Source of the DNA: Vicinamibacterales bacterium
Lineage (GTDB): Bacteria > Acidobacteriota > Vicinamibacteria > Vicinamibacterales > SCN-69-37
Direction: 5' to 3'
Length of the DNA stretch: 64,000 nt
Assembly (NCBI GenBank): GCA_038319675.1
Contig: JBBQDM010000001.1
Span: 166,457-230,456, forward strand
Part shown: positions 19,543 to 29,187 of the stretch, in pieces
Position numbering within the stretch: the stretch's first letter is position 1
Layout of the letters: each line of letters opens with the position of its first letter
Translations under genes and position numbers: made by a program
Notes under the pieces: model-generated
The model's database searches: none
What the model was told of the DNA's origin: nothing
The model's input: the letters and a program-made list of their open reading frames with translations, nothing else

Positions 19543-21738
19543 ATGCCCGTCACCATGAGCCTCTCGTCCTGGTTCGCTGTTGCTGTGGCCGCTGTTGGTC
19601 TGTTGGTACCACCGACGGGCACACCTCCTGCCCAGGTCCACCAGGTGCAGACGTGTGGCACTGATGCCGTGCAGAGCGACCCGCATCCGTTGACGCGCGA
19701 GCACATCATCCTTGCGGCCGATCGCCGATTGTTCTCCCCGTGTGAGGTCGGCGACCACGGTGCCACACATCTGGAAGTTCGCGATCTGGATCTGCTCGAT
19801 CGGGCGGCTGCGTCCAACACGGTGGAGTTTCGCCGCCTGGCCGTGCAGGCGTTCGGGCGTTTTGGCGCACCGTCGATGACGCCTCGGATTGCCGCGTTGC
19901 TTGATGACGTCTCGCCGCTGGTGCGAGCGGAAGCGGTCAATGCCCTGGGGCAGGCGTTGTCGGGGACGCGGTCGGACCTGCGTGAGGACGAGCCGCCCAT
20001 GGGGGCCGATGTCACCGCCGCACGTGAATTGCTTGAATCGCGAATGCAGAAGGAAACCGACGATCGGGTGGCCGGCGTGATTCTCGCGACGGTCGGCCGG
20101 ATGCGTCACGACGCCTCGGAGCTGGCGGCCGTCGAGCCGTGGCTCACGGAGCACACCGCGGGCGCCGTGGATCGGCTGCTGGGTGGCGCTGAAGGTCTTG
20201 AAGCGTTGGCGCGACGGAATCCGCGGAGTCCACTGGCGTTGCCGGCGCGTGCGCGACTCCGCGATATTGCCGGCCTCGGCCGCACAGCGACCGGCCCCAC
20301 GCAGGAACCCCTGGCACGACTCCGGCGATTGGCAATGACCGCGCTGCAGGTGGCACGAGACACCGATATCGGCACGATGCTGGAGGCCGCGACCGATCCG
20401 GACTGGCAGGTGCGTCGCATTGCCGCGCAGATGATGAGCCCGTCGGTCGAACAACTCAGACCGGTCGTCATCACACTGCTGCGTGATCCACAGATGCACG
20501 TGCGCCTCGAGGCGGTGCGCACGTTTGGTCGCGGTCTGCAGACGATTCCAGACTGCGCGCCGCTGGTCGCAGCATTCAGCGACACGGCCACGCTGGTGAG
20601 CCTGCAGGCGATGGACAGCGTCAGCGCCAGTTGTGCGGATTCCGCAGCTGTGGTGACTGCGCTCACGGCTGTTGCGAACCGGCTGTCGGATCCCGAGTCC
20701 GCCGCAACGTGGCATCGTCCCGCACGTGCTTTGACGACGCTGGCTCGTGTGGCGCCGACAGATGCGCGTCCGCGCCTGGCGTCCGCCGCGACGCATTCGG
20801 CCTGGCAGGTCCGTGCCGTTGCGGCATCCGCTGCTGCGACACTTGCGGAGCCCGCAGTGATGCTCCAGCTCTCAAATGACGCCGTGGCGAATGTGCGCAC
20901 TGCCGCCATTGACGCCATGGCCCGCATCACACACCCCGAGACCTCTGCTGCGGCGATCGCTGCGTTACAGAGCGATGATCATCAGCTCGTGCGTGCGGCC
21001 GCGCGTGCGCTGGCGGACTCAACACAGGCCGAGGCCGTTCCTGCGTTGTTGGCGGCTCTACGGCGACTGACCGAGGCCGGCGCCGACACGTCACGCGATC
21101 CACGCGTCGCCATCGTTGAGCGACTCGCGACCCTGCTGGGCCCGCCGCAGGTGCACCAGTTGGCCCCATGGACGTCCGACTGGGACACCGCAGTGCGTAC
21201 CGCCGCGCGTCGTGCCTTCACCACCGCACAGGTGGAGGTGCCCGTCCGCCCGCGCCAGTACCGCTACCCGCTGCAACCCAGCGCGGAGGAACTGCGTGAC
21301 CTCCTCACCGCGCGGCACGCCGACATCGTGATGGCCGGTGGCGGCACCATCACGCTGGAACTGTTGACTGACGACGCCCCGATGTCAGTCGCGCGTGTTG
21401 TGATGCGTGCCCGTTCCGGCGCCTACGACGGGCTGACCTTCCACCGCGTGGTGTCAAATTTTGTGGTGCAGGGCCTGAGCCCTGGGGCCAACGAATACGT
21501 CGGCGACCAGCGTTTTATGCGCGACGACGTGGGGTTGGTGCCGCACACACGAGGCGCGGTGGGCATCTCCACCCGCGGGTACGACACCGGCGACACGCAG
21601 ATCTTCTTCGATCTCGTCGACGTGCCGCGGCTCGACCACGACTACACCGTCTTTGCGCGTGTCGTCAGCGGAATGGAACATGTGGATGCCATTCTCGAAG
21701 GGGCCGTTGTGACGTCGGTGAGGATTCGACAGCGGTAG
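19543..21738 (+). CDS. Secreted HEAT-repeat protein fused to a C-terminal cyclophilin-type peptidyl-prolyl isomerase domain
   Basis: 731 aa. N-terminal hydrophobic signal. At least 7 HEAT-like units (DxxxxVRxxAxxAL). C-terminus TFHRVVSNFVVQG ... TQIFFDL ... YTVFARVVSGMEHVD is cyclophilin-like. GGAG lies 4 nt upstream of the ATG. Confidence 0.75.
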   Translation: MPVTMSLSSWFAVAVAAVGLLVPPTGTPPAQVHQVQTCGTDAVQSDPHPLTREHIILAADRRLFSPCEVGDHGATHLEVRDLDLLDRAAASNTVEFRRLAVQAFGRFGAPSMTPRIAALLDDVSPLVRAEAVNALGQALSGTRSDLREDEPPMGADVTAARELLESRMQKETDDRVAGVILATVGRMRHDASELAAVEPWLTEHTAGAVDRLLGGAEGLEALARRNPRSPLALPARARLRDIAGLGRTATGPTQEPLARLRRLAMTALQVARDTDIGTMLEAATDPDWQVRRIAAQMMSPSVEQLRPVVITLLRDPQMHVRLEAVRTFGRGLQTIPDCAPLVAAFSDTATLVSLQAMDSVSASCADSAAVVTALTAVANRLSDPESAATWHRPARALTTLARVAPTDARPRLASAATHSAWQVRAVAASAAATLAEPAVMLQLSNDAVANVRTAAIDAMARITHPETSAAAIAALQSDDHQLVRAAARALADSTQAEAVPALLAALRRLTEAGADTSRDPRVAIVERLATLLGPPQVHQLAPWTSDWDTAVRTAARRAFTTAQVEVPVRPRQYRYPLQPSAEELRDLLTARHADIVMAGGGTITLELLTDDAPMSVARVVMRARSGAYDGLTFHRVVSNFVVQGLSPGANEYVGDQRFMRDDVGLVPHTRGAVGISTRGYDTGDTQIFFDLVDVPRLDHDYTVFARVVSGMEHVDAILEGAVVTSVRIRQR

Positions 21739-21778
21739 GAGCACCCGCGCACGAGAGCACCGCTGCGCGTTAGCGCAC
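21739..21778 (+). repeat. About 7-nt periodic GAGCAC-type array (array B, 4-5 units)
   Basis: gaGCACC cgcGCAC gagaGCACC gctGCGC gttagcGCAC. It starts at the first base after the TAG of the HEAT-PPIase gene. Confidence 0.6.
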
Positions 21779-22816
21779 TGCGCTTTCCACCATCGCCACC
21801 GTGCCCGCGCCCGCATCGATCGTGACGCGTGCGCCGACCGGCAGAGTCCATTGCGCGTGGCCGTGGCCGATCATCGCACCGCTCCACGCGGGCACACCCA
21901 GAGGCGCGATGTGATCCGCGAAGATTTCTTCCGGTGTGAGCGAGGCGAAACCCGAGCCGGGTTCACATTCATTGCAGGTGCCGAAAACGAAGCCGCGAAT
22001 CTTCGGCAGGATGCCTGCGAGTGTGAGTGACGTCATCATGCGGTCGACGCGATACCACTGTTCGCCGACATCCTCGAGAAACAGAATCGCATCGTCGAAG
22101 TCGGGGACGTATGGGGAGCCGAGGATGGCCGTGAGCACCGTGAGGTTGCCACCAAGCAGGCGTCCGGTCGCCTGGCCGGGTGTGATTACACGCACGCGAT
22201 TTTCGACCTGGGTCAATACGTTGCGATCGGCAGTGGACTTCGGGTTCCCAAAGGTGACCGACTCACCCTGGAACAACACGCGGCGGACGTAGTCCACCGT
22301 GAATTCATCCCATCGGCCGCCGGCGTTTGGACCGTGGAACGTCACCAGGCCCGTGCGCGCGTGAATGCCGTTGAGTAACGCCGTGATGTCGCTGAACCCC
22401 ATCAGGATTTTCGGGTTGCGGCGGATCACGTCGTAGTCGAGCAGTGGCAGCAGTCGCGCCGTGCCCCATCCGCCGCGCGTTGGCAGGATCGCCTTGACCG
22501 TGGTGTCAGCAAAAAAGCGGTTGATATCGGCCGCGCGGTCCACATCCTGGCCGCCCAACGACCCGTGCCGATCACGAATGTGCTGGCCCATTTTGACCGT
22601 CAGACCCAGGGCTTCCAGCGATTCGCGGGCGATATCCACCTCGTCCTGCTGGTACATCGCCGTAGCCGGGGTGACCAGGCCCACGGTGTCACCTGGCTGC
22701 AGTCGAGCCGGCGTCAGAAGGCCGGGCGTCTGAACAGGTGTGCCCGTGAGCAACCGCGTGGAGGCGGGCATCAGCAGGGGGGCGGTGGCGGCAGCAAGAA
22801 AGGTGCGGCGATGCAT
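21770..22816 (-). CDS. LD-carboxypeptidase (S66, MccF/LdcA-like) with Tat-type signal
   Basis: ORF 21770..22846 trimmed to MHRRTFLAAATAPLLMPAS. Nucleophile motif GFSDITALLN. Confidence 0.8.
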   Translation of the reverse strand: MHRRTFLAAATAPLLMPASTRLLTGTPVQTPGLLTPARLQPGDTVGLVTPATAMYQQDEVDIARESLEALGLTVKMGQHIRDRHGSLGGQDVDRAADINRFFADTTVKAILPTRGGWGTARLLPLLDYDVIRRNPKILMGFSDITALLNGIHARTGLVTFHGPNAGGRWDEFTVDYVRRVLFQGESVTFGNPKSTADRNVLTQVENRVRVITPGQATGRLLGGNLTVLTAILGSPYVPDFDDAILFLEDVGEQWYRVDRMMTSLTLAGILPKIRGFVFGTCNECEPGSGFASLTPEEIFADHIAPLGVPAWSGAMIGHGHAQWTLPVGARVTIDAGAGTVAMVESAVR

Positions 22817-22844
22817 GACGCGTGAAAGAATAGACCGTATCCAC

Positions 22845-24032
22845 ATGACACGTCTCCCTCGGACTCGTCGGGTCGCCCTTGCGGCAGTGTTGTGCTGGTC
22901 ACTGGTGGCCGGCGCCTGTCAGGGCGAGTCGTCCGCTCCACCCCAGACCGGGTGGCTCAGCGCCGGTGACACCATCGCCCAGGGGGTCACCTTGTATACC
23001 TCCTCAGACTCCACCCTGCTCGATCCGCCGGCGCCGGTGCAGGTGTCGCTGCTGCGGCTTGATCCGCACCGGGTGCGCCTCACCAGCCTGCTGTCGCACG
23101 ATCAGGTGATGTTCGCGGAAACCGTGCTCGATGTGGCCGCCCGCGCTGGTGCGGTGGCCGCGGTCAACGCCGGCTTCTTCAACATCACCAACGGCGAGCC
23201 CGTCGGTCTGCTCAAAGTGGAGGGTGTGCTCGTCAGTGACACCCCGGTCACCAAAGGCGCCGTCGCCATCTGGTCTTCGTCGGACGCCGCCACCGAATTG
23301 GCGTTTGATCAGATCAGCGCGCGTGTCGATCTGCGCATCGGGGAGGGCGATGAGGCTGTGGCGTTTGCGGTGGACGGAGTGGACACCACACGCGCGCGTG
23401 GCCGATTGATGCTCTACACCCCGAAATATCACGAGCACACCGACACCGCCGGCAACGGCGTGGAGTGGGTGCTGCGTGGATCCCCGCTCAAGGTCGTGAG
23501 TTTGCGGTTCGACGCCGGCAGCACTCCGATCCCGGAGGATGGCTACGTGTTGTCGTACGGGGGCCTGGAACTGCCGCAGGAGTTGAAGCGGTTGTTGCCC
23601 GATACGTCCGTGACACTCGACACGCATTGGCGGACCGTCAACGGGCTGGATTCTTCACGTCTGGACACCGCCGACCACGTGGTGAATGGCGCCGGGTTGC
23701 TGCGGTATCGCGGCCGTCAGGTGACCGACTGGGAGAACGAGCGCCTCAGCCGCGCGAATTTTATTGAGGCCCGCCATCCGCGGACACTGATCGGGGTGGA
23801 TCGGCGCGGGGATATCTGGCTGGTGGTCGTGGACGGACGCCAGGCGCCGAGCGCAGGGATGGCATTCAGCGACCTGCAACGCCTCGCGGATCGGCTGCAA
23901 CTGACCGACGCGCTCAATCTTGATGGGGGCGGGTCCACCACGATGGTGGTGCAGGGCCGGGTGGTGAATCGCCCCTCGGATGCCAAGGGCCCACGCGCCG
24001 TGAGTGATGCCATCGGCGTCACGCTGCGGTAG
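22845..24032 (+). CDS. Phosphodiester glycosidase family (DUF2233) lipoprotein
   Basis: ORF trimmed to MTRLPRTRRVALAAVLCWSLVAGAC (lipobox). NLDGGGSTTMV motif. Confidence 0.75.
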   Translation: MTRLPRTRRVALAAVLCWSLVAGACQGESSAPPQTGWLSAGDTIAQGVTLYTSSDSTLLDPPAPVQVSLLRLDPHRVRLTSLLSHDQVMFAETVLDVAARAGAVAAVNAGFFNITNGEPVGLLKVEGVLVSDTPVTKGAVAIWSSSDAATELAFDQISARVDLRIGEGDEAVAFAVDGVDTTRARGRLMLYTPKYHEHTDTAGNGVEWVLRGSPLKVVSLRFDAGSTPIPEDGYVLSYGGLELPQELKRLLPDTSVTLDTHWRTVNGLDSSRLDTADHVVNGAGLLRYRGRQVTDWENERLSRANFIEARHPRTLIGVDRRGDIWLVVVDGRQAPSAGMAFSDLQRLADRLQLTDALNLDGGGSTTMVVQGRVVNRPSDAKGPRAVSDAIGVTLR

Positions 24033-24058
24033 CCGAAGGGATATAATCAGGGTCTTCG

Positions 24059-24601
24059 ATGATCTACTACGTCGCTCTTCTTCGTGGAATCAACGTCGGC
24101 AAGGCCAAGCGGATCTCAATGGAGGACCTCCGAGCCCTGGTCGAACGACTCGGATACGAGGACGTCCGCACGGTGCTCAACACCGGCAATGTGGTCTTCA
24201 AGGGCAAAAAAGCGGCTGAACAGACGATCGCTGATCGCATTCAGGAAGCCCTTGAGATTCGCCACGGCATCGAATCCGTCACCGTCGTGATCACCGCCAC
24301 CGACCTGGATTCGATCATCCGGGAAGACCCACTGAGCAAGGTCGCAACCTCCGATTCCAAACACCTGGTCGGTTTCACCATGGACCAGACGGCGCTGTTT
24401 GCCGCCCGGGCGCTGCCGACCGACGACTTTGGCGACGACACGCTGGCGGTCACCGCCCGCGCCGCCTACATCTGGGCCCCCAAAGGCGTCTCCGCCAGCA
24501 AGGTCTGCAAAGCGGTGGACCGCATCGGTGCCCAGGCCATCACCTGCCGCAACTGGGCCACCCTGCTCAAGATTCAGGCCGCCACCCGCATTCGTGACTA
24601 A
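24059..24601 (+). CDS. DUF1697 family protein
   Basis: 180 aa. MIYYVALLRGINVGKAKRISMEDL is the characteristic DUF1697 N-terminus. Confidence 0.75.
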   Translation: MIYYVALLRGINVGKAKRISMEDLRALVERLGYEDVRTVLNTGNVVFKGKKAAEQTIADRIQEALEIRHGIESVTVVITATDLDSIIREDPLSKVATSDSKHLVGFTMDQTALFAARALPTDDFGDDTLAVTARAAYIWAPKGVSASKVCKAVDRIGAQAITCRNWATLLKIQAATRIRD

Positions 24602-24627
24602 CCAAACCTCTTAGACTTGCGTCAAAT

Positions 24628-24659
24628 GTATTGATAATCAATATACTGATTATCAATAC
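24628..24659. promoter_or_regulatory. 32-bp near-perfect palindrome (30/32), putative PadR operator overlapping the promoter
   Basis: GTATTGATAATCAATATACTGATTATCAATAC ends 1 nt before the padR ATG. It contains the nested palindrome TATTGAT-A-ATCAATA. It is an AT-rich island in GC-rich DNA. Confidence 0.65.
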
Positions 24660-24660
24660 A

Positions 24661-25023
24661 ATGACGAGCCCACAGTCCTTCCTCCCTCTCACACCCTTTG
24701 CCTTCCAGGTGCTGTTGGCTCTCGCCGACGAGGCCAGGCACGGCTACGCCATCATCAAGGAGGTCGAGGAGCGGTCCGGCGGCCAGGTGACCCTCAGGAC
24801 CGGCACGTTGTACACCCTGGTGCAGCGGCTGGTTGACGAATCCCTGGTCGAGGAGGCCCCGGCCCCGACCCTCGCCGCCGGAAAAACCGAAGACAGCCGC
24901 CGGCGGTACTACCAGATGACCCCGCTGGGTCACGCCGTGCTGCGGGCCGAGGCGCTTCGACTTGAAGCACTCATCACACACGCCCGCCGCACCCACGTGC
25001 TGGGCGACACCTCAGGCGCATGA
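24661..25023 (+). CDS. padR: PadR-family transcriptional regulator
   Basis: ORF trimmed to MTSPQSFLPLTPFAFQVLLALADEARHGYAIIKEVEERSGG ... GTLYTLVQRL (winged-helix PadR signature). Confidence 0.85.
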   Translation: MTSPQSFLPLTPFAFQVLLALADEARHGYAIIKEVEERSGGQVTLRTGTLYTLVQRLVDESLVEEAPAPTLAAGKTEDSRRRYYQMTPLGHAVLRAEALRLEALITHARRTHVLGDTSGA

Positions 25024-27623
25024 TGAAGCGACGCCTGCTCGGCCCCGCCTGGCACCCCGACACTGTCGCCACCATTCTCGACGTGTGTGCCGGTGCACGG
25101 CGTCGGCACGGCGTGGTCGGATACGCGCTCGCACTTTTTACCGAGATCACCAACCTTCTTCTCGTCGCGGTTCGCGCACGGTTGGGCGGCCGTACCCCGA
25201 TTACCGGTGGTCTTCCGCCTCCTACTCCCAGGAAAGCAGGCTCAACGATGCCCGCAGTGATACACGATGTGGTGAACGGCTGGAGAAGGATGGTGCGTCA
25301 ACCCCGCGCAGCGCTGGGTGTGATTGCGCTGCTGACGCTGGCGATCGGAGTGGCGTCGGCGATGTTCACGGTTATGGATGCGTTCATCGTGCGTCCTGCA
25401 CCGTTTCGGGAAGCCGACAGGTTGCACAGCCTGTGGCTTCGGGGCAGCGGGGCTCGTCCGAACGTGGCTGCGGCGCGCGCGCTGCGGGATAGCGGTCACT
25501 TTGATGCCGTGCATGCGACGGTCATCAACGCCCGAGCTGAGTTCCTGGGGCCGTCCGGTCCCGACGTTCGAATGGGAGCATGGATTCCGGCGGGCACGTT
25601 TGCCGATCTCGGAGTGTCACCGCTCGTGGGCCGTGAGTTCATCACAGGGGAAGGCACCGAAGGCAACGACGGCTACGTGTTGTTGTCCGAGTCAGTGTGG
25701 CGAGACGTCTTTGAAGCCGACCCTGCGATCGCGGGCAGGACCGTTCAGATGTCCGGCCGACCGACAATTGTCGTGGGAGTGATGCCCGACCGATTGCGAT
25801 TTCCGAACAATGGCGACGGGATGTGGCGTCCCCTCGACCTCGATCGTCCGTCGGCGGCGTCGCAGCAATCCCAGATGTTGTTGTTTGTGCGGCGCACGGC
25901 CGGGATGCCGCTCGCTGACGCCGAGCGCCTGGCCGGAGAGGTTGTGTCGTCGCTTGCCGGCCCGGGTCCTGTGACCGCGACGAGCCGGCCCATGGGCAGC
26001 CAACTCGACGACTATTCCCGTGAGTCTCTCGTGTCGCTGGCCATTGGTGTGGGTCTTGTCTTTGTACTGCTCTGCGCGAATGTCACCAACCTGATTCTTG
26101 CGCGGACAGCGGCCCGGCGTCAGGAGTTCGGCGTCTGCACCGCGCTGGGTGCCTCACGCCTCCGGCTCCTGCGACAAGTGTTGCTCGAGCACCTGGCTGT
26201 GGGCATCACTGCCTCGGTGCTTGGGCTCGGTCTCGCCTATGCCCTGATCGCATTGGCGAACGCGACATTACCTGAGGACCTCTTGTGGCGCACGCTGAAC
26301 ACCCTCGATGTAGACTTCCGTGCCGTGGCCGCCACGTCCGTCATCGGACTCCTTGCGGTGTTGCTGGCAGGGTTGCCGGCCGCGTGGTTCGGCACTCGAA
26401 TCGCGGTGAATGAGTCAATCGGCACATCGCGTGGTGGCACTGACACGCTGGGCAGTCGACGCCTCACGCGCGGCCTGCTTGTGCTGGAAGTGGCCATGGC
26501 CGTGGCCGTGCTTGCGTCTGCCGGCCTTCACGTCCGATCGTTCGTCAACCTCGTGAATGCCGACCGAGGGCTCGACACCGACCGTGTGCTCGTCGCGACA
26601 CTCGCGTTGCCACAGTCAGCCACCGGTGCATCAGCGGCGACGCTCGTCTCGGAAATCGAAACACAGTTGGCCGGTCTGCCTGGTGTCGATCGGGTCAGTC
26701 GCACAGCTCACGTACCACCAGACCTTGGTGCGATGCACTTTGGACTTCAGATGCAGACCGACCTGACACACAGCGAGGTCGTGACACTTGGCCTGCTGCG
26801 CAGTTACCAGGTGCCGGAGGGCTTCTTCGACACGTTTGGCATCCGCATCGTTGACGGCCGTGGGTTTGACGCCGCAGATGATGAACACACGCTCGTGTTC
26901 AGCGAACAGTTGGCGCGTCAACTCTACGGGGACCAGTCACCCGTGGGGCGAACCGTTTCGCTTTGGAAGCGGCAATACCGCGTAGTGGGCGTGGCCACGG
27001 AAATTCGCAATTCCATCACCGAACCTCGCGAAGACCACCCGGAGTTCTACATGCGCTGGACGGCTCCTGTTGATGCCGCTGCGTCCGGCGGCGTGATGAT
27101 GGGGATTCGGTGTGCGGTGCCCTGCGCCTCGCACGCGAGGATCCGCGAGGCCATCACATCGGTGAGCGCAGGCATCGAGGTCACCGCACTTCGTGAACTC
27201 TCCGATGACTTCCTCGAACAACTTGCCAGACCGAAGATGGCGGCCATTGTGGCTGCGGCGTTCTCGGGTCTCGCGCTGCTGGCCACGGCCGCCGGCCTGT
27301 ACGGGGTGCTCGCGTACGCGGTGACTCGGCGTCGTCGTGAGTTTGGCATTCGCGCGGCGCTCGGGGCGCACCCGACTGATCTGCGGCGACTGGTGCTGCG
27401 TGATGGTGTTGCGGTCACTGCGATTGGATTGGTCGTCGGACTCGGCGCTGGGTGGGGCCTGGCGCGATGGCTCGAGTCTGTGCGGTATGGCGTGACGTTC
27501 CTTGACCCGCTCACATGGGGCACGGTCACGCTGACCGTGCTTGTGGTGGCCGTGGCGGCGTCGTGGATGCCGGCCCGTGCCGCCATGCGTGTGGACCCGG
27601 CCGAGATGCTCAGGGATTCGTAG
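25020..27623 (+). CDS. Duplicated FtsX/MacB-type ABC permease (ADOP-type orphan permease)
   Basis: 867 aa. ATGA overlap with padR. Two FtsX-like 4-TM modules separated by large extracytoplasmic domains. No cognate ATPase is adjacent. Confidence 0.8.
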   Translation: MMKRRLLGPAWHPDTVATILDVCAGARRRHGVVGYALALFTEITNLLLVAVRARLGGRTPITGGLPPPTPRKAGSTMPAVIHDVVNGWRRMVRQPRAALGVIALLTLAIGVASAMFTVMDAFIVRPAPFREADRLHSLWLRGSGARPNVAAARALRDSGHFDAVHATVINARAEFLGPSGPDVRMGAWIPAGTFADLGVSPLVGREFITGEGTEGNDGYVLLSESVWRDVFEADPAIAGRTVQMSGRPTIVVGVMPDRLRFPNNGDGMWRPLDLDRPSAASQQSQMLLFVRRTAGMPLADAERLAGEVVSSLAGPGPVTATSRPMGSQLDDYSRESLVSLAIGVGLVFVLLCANVTNLILARTAARRQEFGVCTALGASRLRLLRQVLLEHLAVGITASVLGLGLAYALIALANATLPEDLLWRTLNTLDVDFRAVAATSVIGLLAVLLAGLPAAWFGTRIAVNESIGTSRGGTDTLGSRRLTRGLLVLEVAMAVAVLASAGLHVRSFVNLVNADRGLDTDRVLVATLALPQSATGASAATLVSEIETQLAGLPGVDRVSRTAHVPPDLGAMHFGLQMQTDLTHSEVVTLGLLRSYQVPEGFFDTFGIRIVDGRGFDAADDEHTLVFSEQLARQLYGDQSPVGRTVSLWKRQYRVVGVATEIRNSITEPREDHPEFYMRWTAPVDAAASGGVMMGIRCAVPCASHARIREAITSVSAGIEVTALRELSDDFLEQLARPKMAAIVAAAFSGLALLATAAGLYGVLAYAVTRRRREFGIRAALGAHPTDLRRLVLRDGVAVTAIGLVVGLGAGWGLARWLESVRYGVTFLDPLTWGTVTLTVLVVAVAASWMPARAAMRVDPAEMLRDS

Positions 27624-28518
27624 GCGCGCTGAGCGCAACAGGGCTGAACAGCACCCGGCTGATGTCGGCGATTAACGCACCGCTCACCTTCTGGTCAGCG
27701 ATGCCGCGCACCAGCACCACGAGCACGTAAGGGCGGTTGTTGTAGATGATGCCGGCGTCGTGATGAATGCGCGTGATGTTGCCGGTCTTGTGGGCGACCG
27801 GTGTGCCAGGGGGTAGCCCTGCGGGGATACCGTCCACAAACTTCTGACGTTTCAGAATGTCCACCATCTGGGCAGACGCAGCAGGGTTCACGGCCGCACC
27901 CGTGCCAATCGCCTGCAACAGCGCGAGCAGGCCGCGGGCGTCTGTCGTGTTGTTCTTTCCGGCGTCAAACGCCTTCTGATCTTCCACGCCACGCAGCACC
28001 TGCATTCCGGACGCGTTCATGCGATCCACGGTGGCCTGCACGTTCTTCGCGCCGAGGTGTTCGATGAGAATGTTGGTCGCCAGATTGCTGCTGACGGTGA
28101 TTGCCGCTTCGATCAACACGCGGAACGAGAGCGGCGTGCCCATGGCCTTGTAGATCTCGCCGTCGGAATCCTCCGTGGCCGAGAGGGTGTAGGGCGTGCC
28201 ATCGTGGATGCTCGTGAACTGGTTGGTGACGACTACCGTGTCGTCGAGACGACGTTCGCCAGCCTCGACCTGACGAAAGAGCTCGATCATCACCGGCACC
28301 TTCATGGTGGAGGCTGCGTGAAACCGCATGTCGGCGTTGATCAGGATCTCTTCACCCGGCTTGGCGTCGAGTGGCCGCCACGCCACGGCCACCTCCGCAC
28401 CGGATGCCTTGATCAGGCGTTCAATCTCCGCGCGTGCACCGATTGGTGCCTGCGCCGCCAGCACTCCGGCCATCCCCACGACGAGCAGCATGTGTCGCAT
28501 GGGCCTGTTGTACACCAA
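27610..28518 (-). CDS. Class A beta-lactamase-like serine hydrolase
   Basis: 302 aa with a signal peptide. STMK (SxxK), SSN (SxN) and HKTGN (KTG) motifs. Confidence 0.8.
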   Translation of the reverse strand: MVYNRPMRHMLLVVGMAGVLAAQAPIGARAEIERLIKASGAEVAVAWRPLDAKPGEEILINADMRFHAASTMKVPVMIELFRQVEAGERRLDDTVVVTNQFTSIHDGTPYTLSATEDSDGEIYKAMGTPLSFRVLIEAAITVSSNLATNILIEHLGAKNVQATVDRMNASGMQVLRGVEDQKAFDAGKNNTTDARGLLALLQAIGTGAAVNPAASAQMVDILKRQKFVDGIPAGLPPGTPVAHKTGNITRIHHDAGIIYNNRPYVLVVLVRGIADQKVSGALIADISRVLFSPVALSAPTNP

Positions 28519-28528
28519 AATAGGTGCG

Positions 28529-29187
28529 TGACCCTGTACTCACAGATTCACCCCGTGGACCGGGGGGCCACCCAGGTCTGGTTCGCCTTGTGCGAGCGGG
28601 GCTCCCTGTCAGACGATGTCGATACCTCTCACAGGTTTCTGTACGGTCACCGCTACTGGCCGATGGTGAAGCGGGCGCTCCTGACCACGGAGCTCGCCTC
28701 AGACGATCAGGCTGAAACCGCGCGCCGTGTTGCGGAGGCGGCAACCCGCACGGCCCGTGTCGATGCCGACCTGCTGCTGGGCATGACCGCAGTGGGACTT
28801 TCGATTCTGACCCGCGTGGGGCGCGACGCGTTTGCGGCGTCCCGCGGTCCGGCCCCCCTCTCCCGGGCCGTCATGCTCGAAACGCCGTCGCAGGTGCTGC
28901 AGCGTCGCGCGCGCCTCGCCCCGGAGGGGTTGTTCGGAGCCTTTCGCGGCGCTCGTCGCCGGTGGACGGTCATCGTCGAGCCCGATCCCACTGACAGGTA
29001 TCAGGTGAGGCACGGACAGCCGCTGGCGGTGTGCCATGGCGGTGAGCACGAGTGGTGTGTGGTGGGAATTCTTGCCGGAGCCGAGCGGTTGTCGCCCGTG
29101 GATGGCGACGAGCCGTTTCCGCTGGTGCGGCGGGCCTGTGAGGCCAGGGTCTACGGTCGCGTGTCGGTGGTTACCCGCCGCCCTTGA
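28529..29187 (+). CDS. Hypothetical protein; start uncertain (GTG 28529 or ATG 28663)
   Basis: This is the 3' part of ORF 28057..29187. The 5' part is antisense to the beta-lactamase-like gene. GC-rich third positions continue to the stop. No motif recognised. Confidence 0.4.

Noticed and set aside
16242-20796. Very long antisense ORFs (504 aa at 16242..17756 and 696 aa at 18706..20796). Similar ones occur at 3790..4845, 6529..7407, 30687..31907, 41423..42658, 44183..45220 and 61671..62825.
   Set aside because: These are shadow ORFs typical of GC-rich DNA. They are Arg/His/Gly/Pro-rich with no motifs, and each is fully overlapped by an opposite-strand gene with clear family signatures.
24042-24047. 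Perfect TATAAT hexamer 12 nt upstream of the DUF1697 ATG (possible leaderless-type promoter)
   Set aside because: No convincing -35 element was found, and a single hexamer can arise by chance. It cannot be supported without 5'-end data.
28057-28518. 5' part of the 376-aa plus-strand ORF
   Set aside because: It lies antisense to a class A beta-lactamase-like gene with intact STMK/SSN/KTG motifs. Only the part downstream of 28529 was kept, at low confidence.
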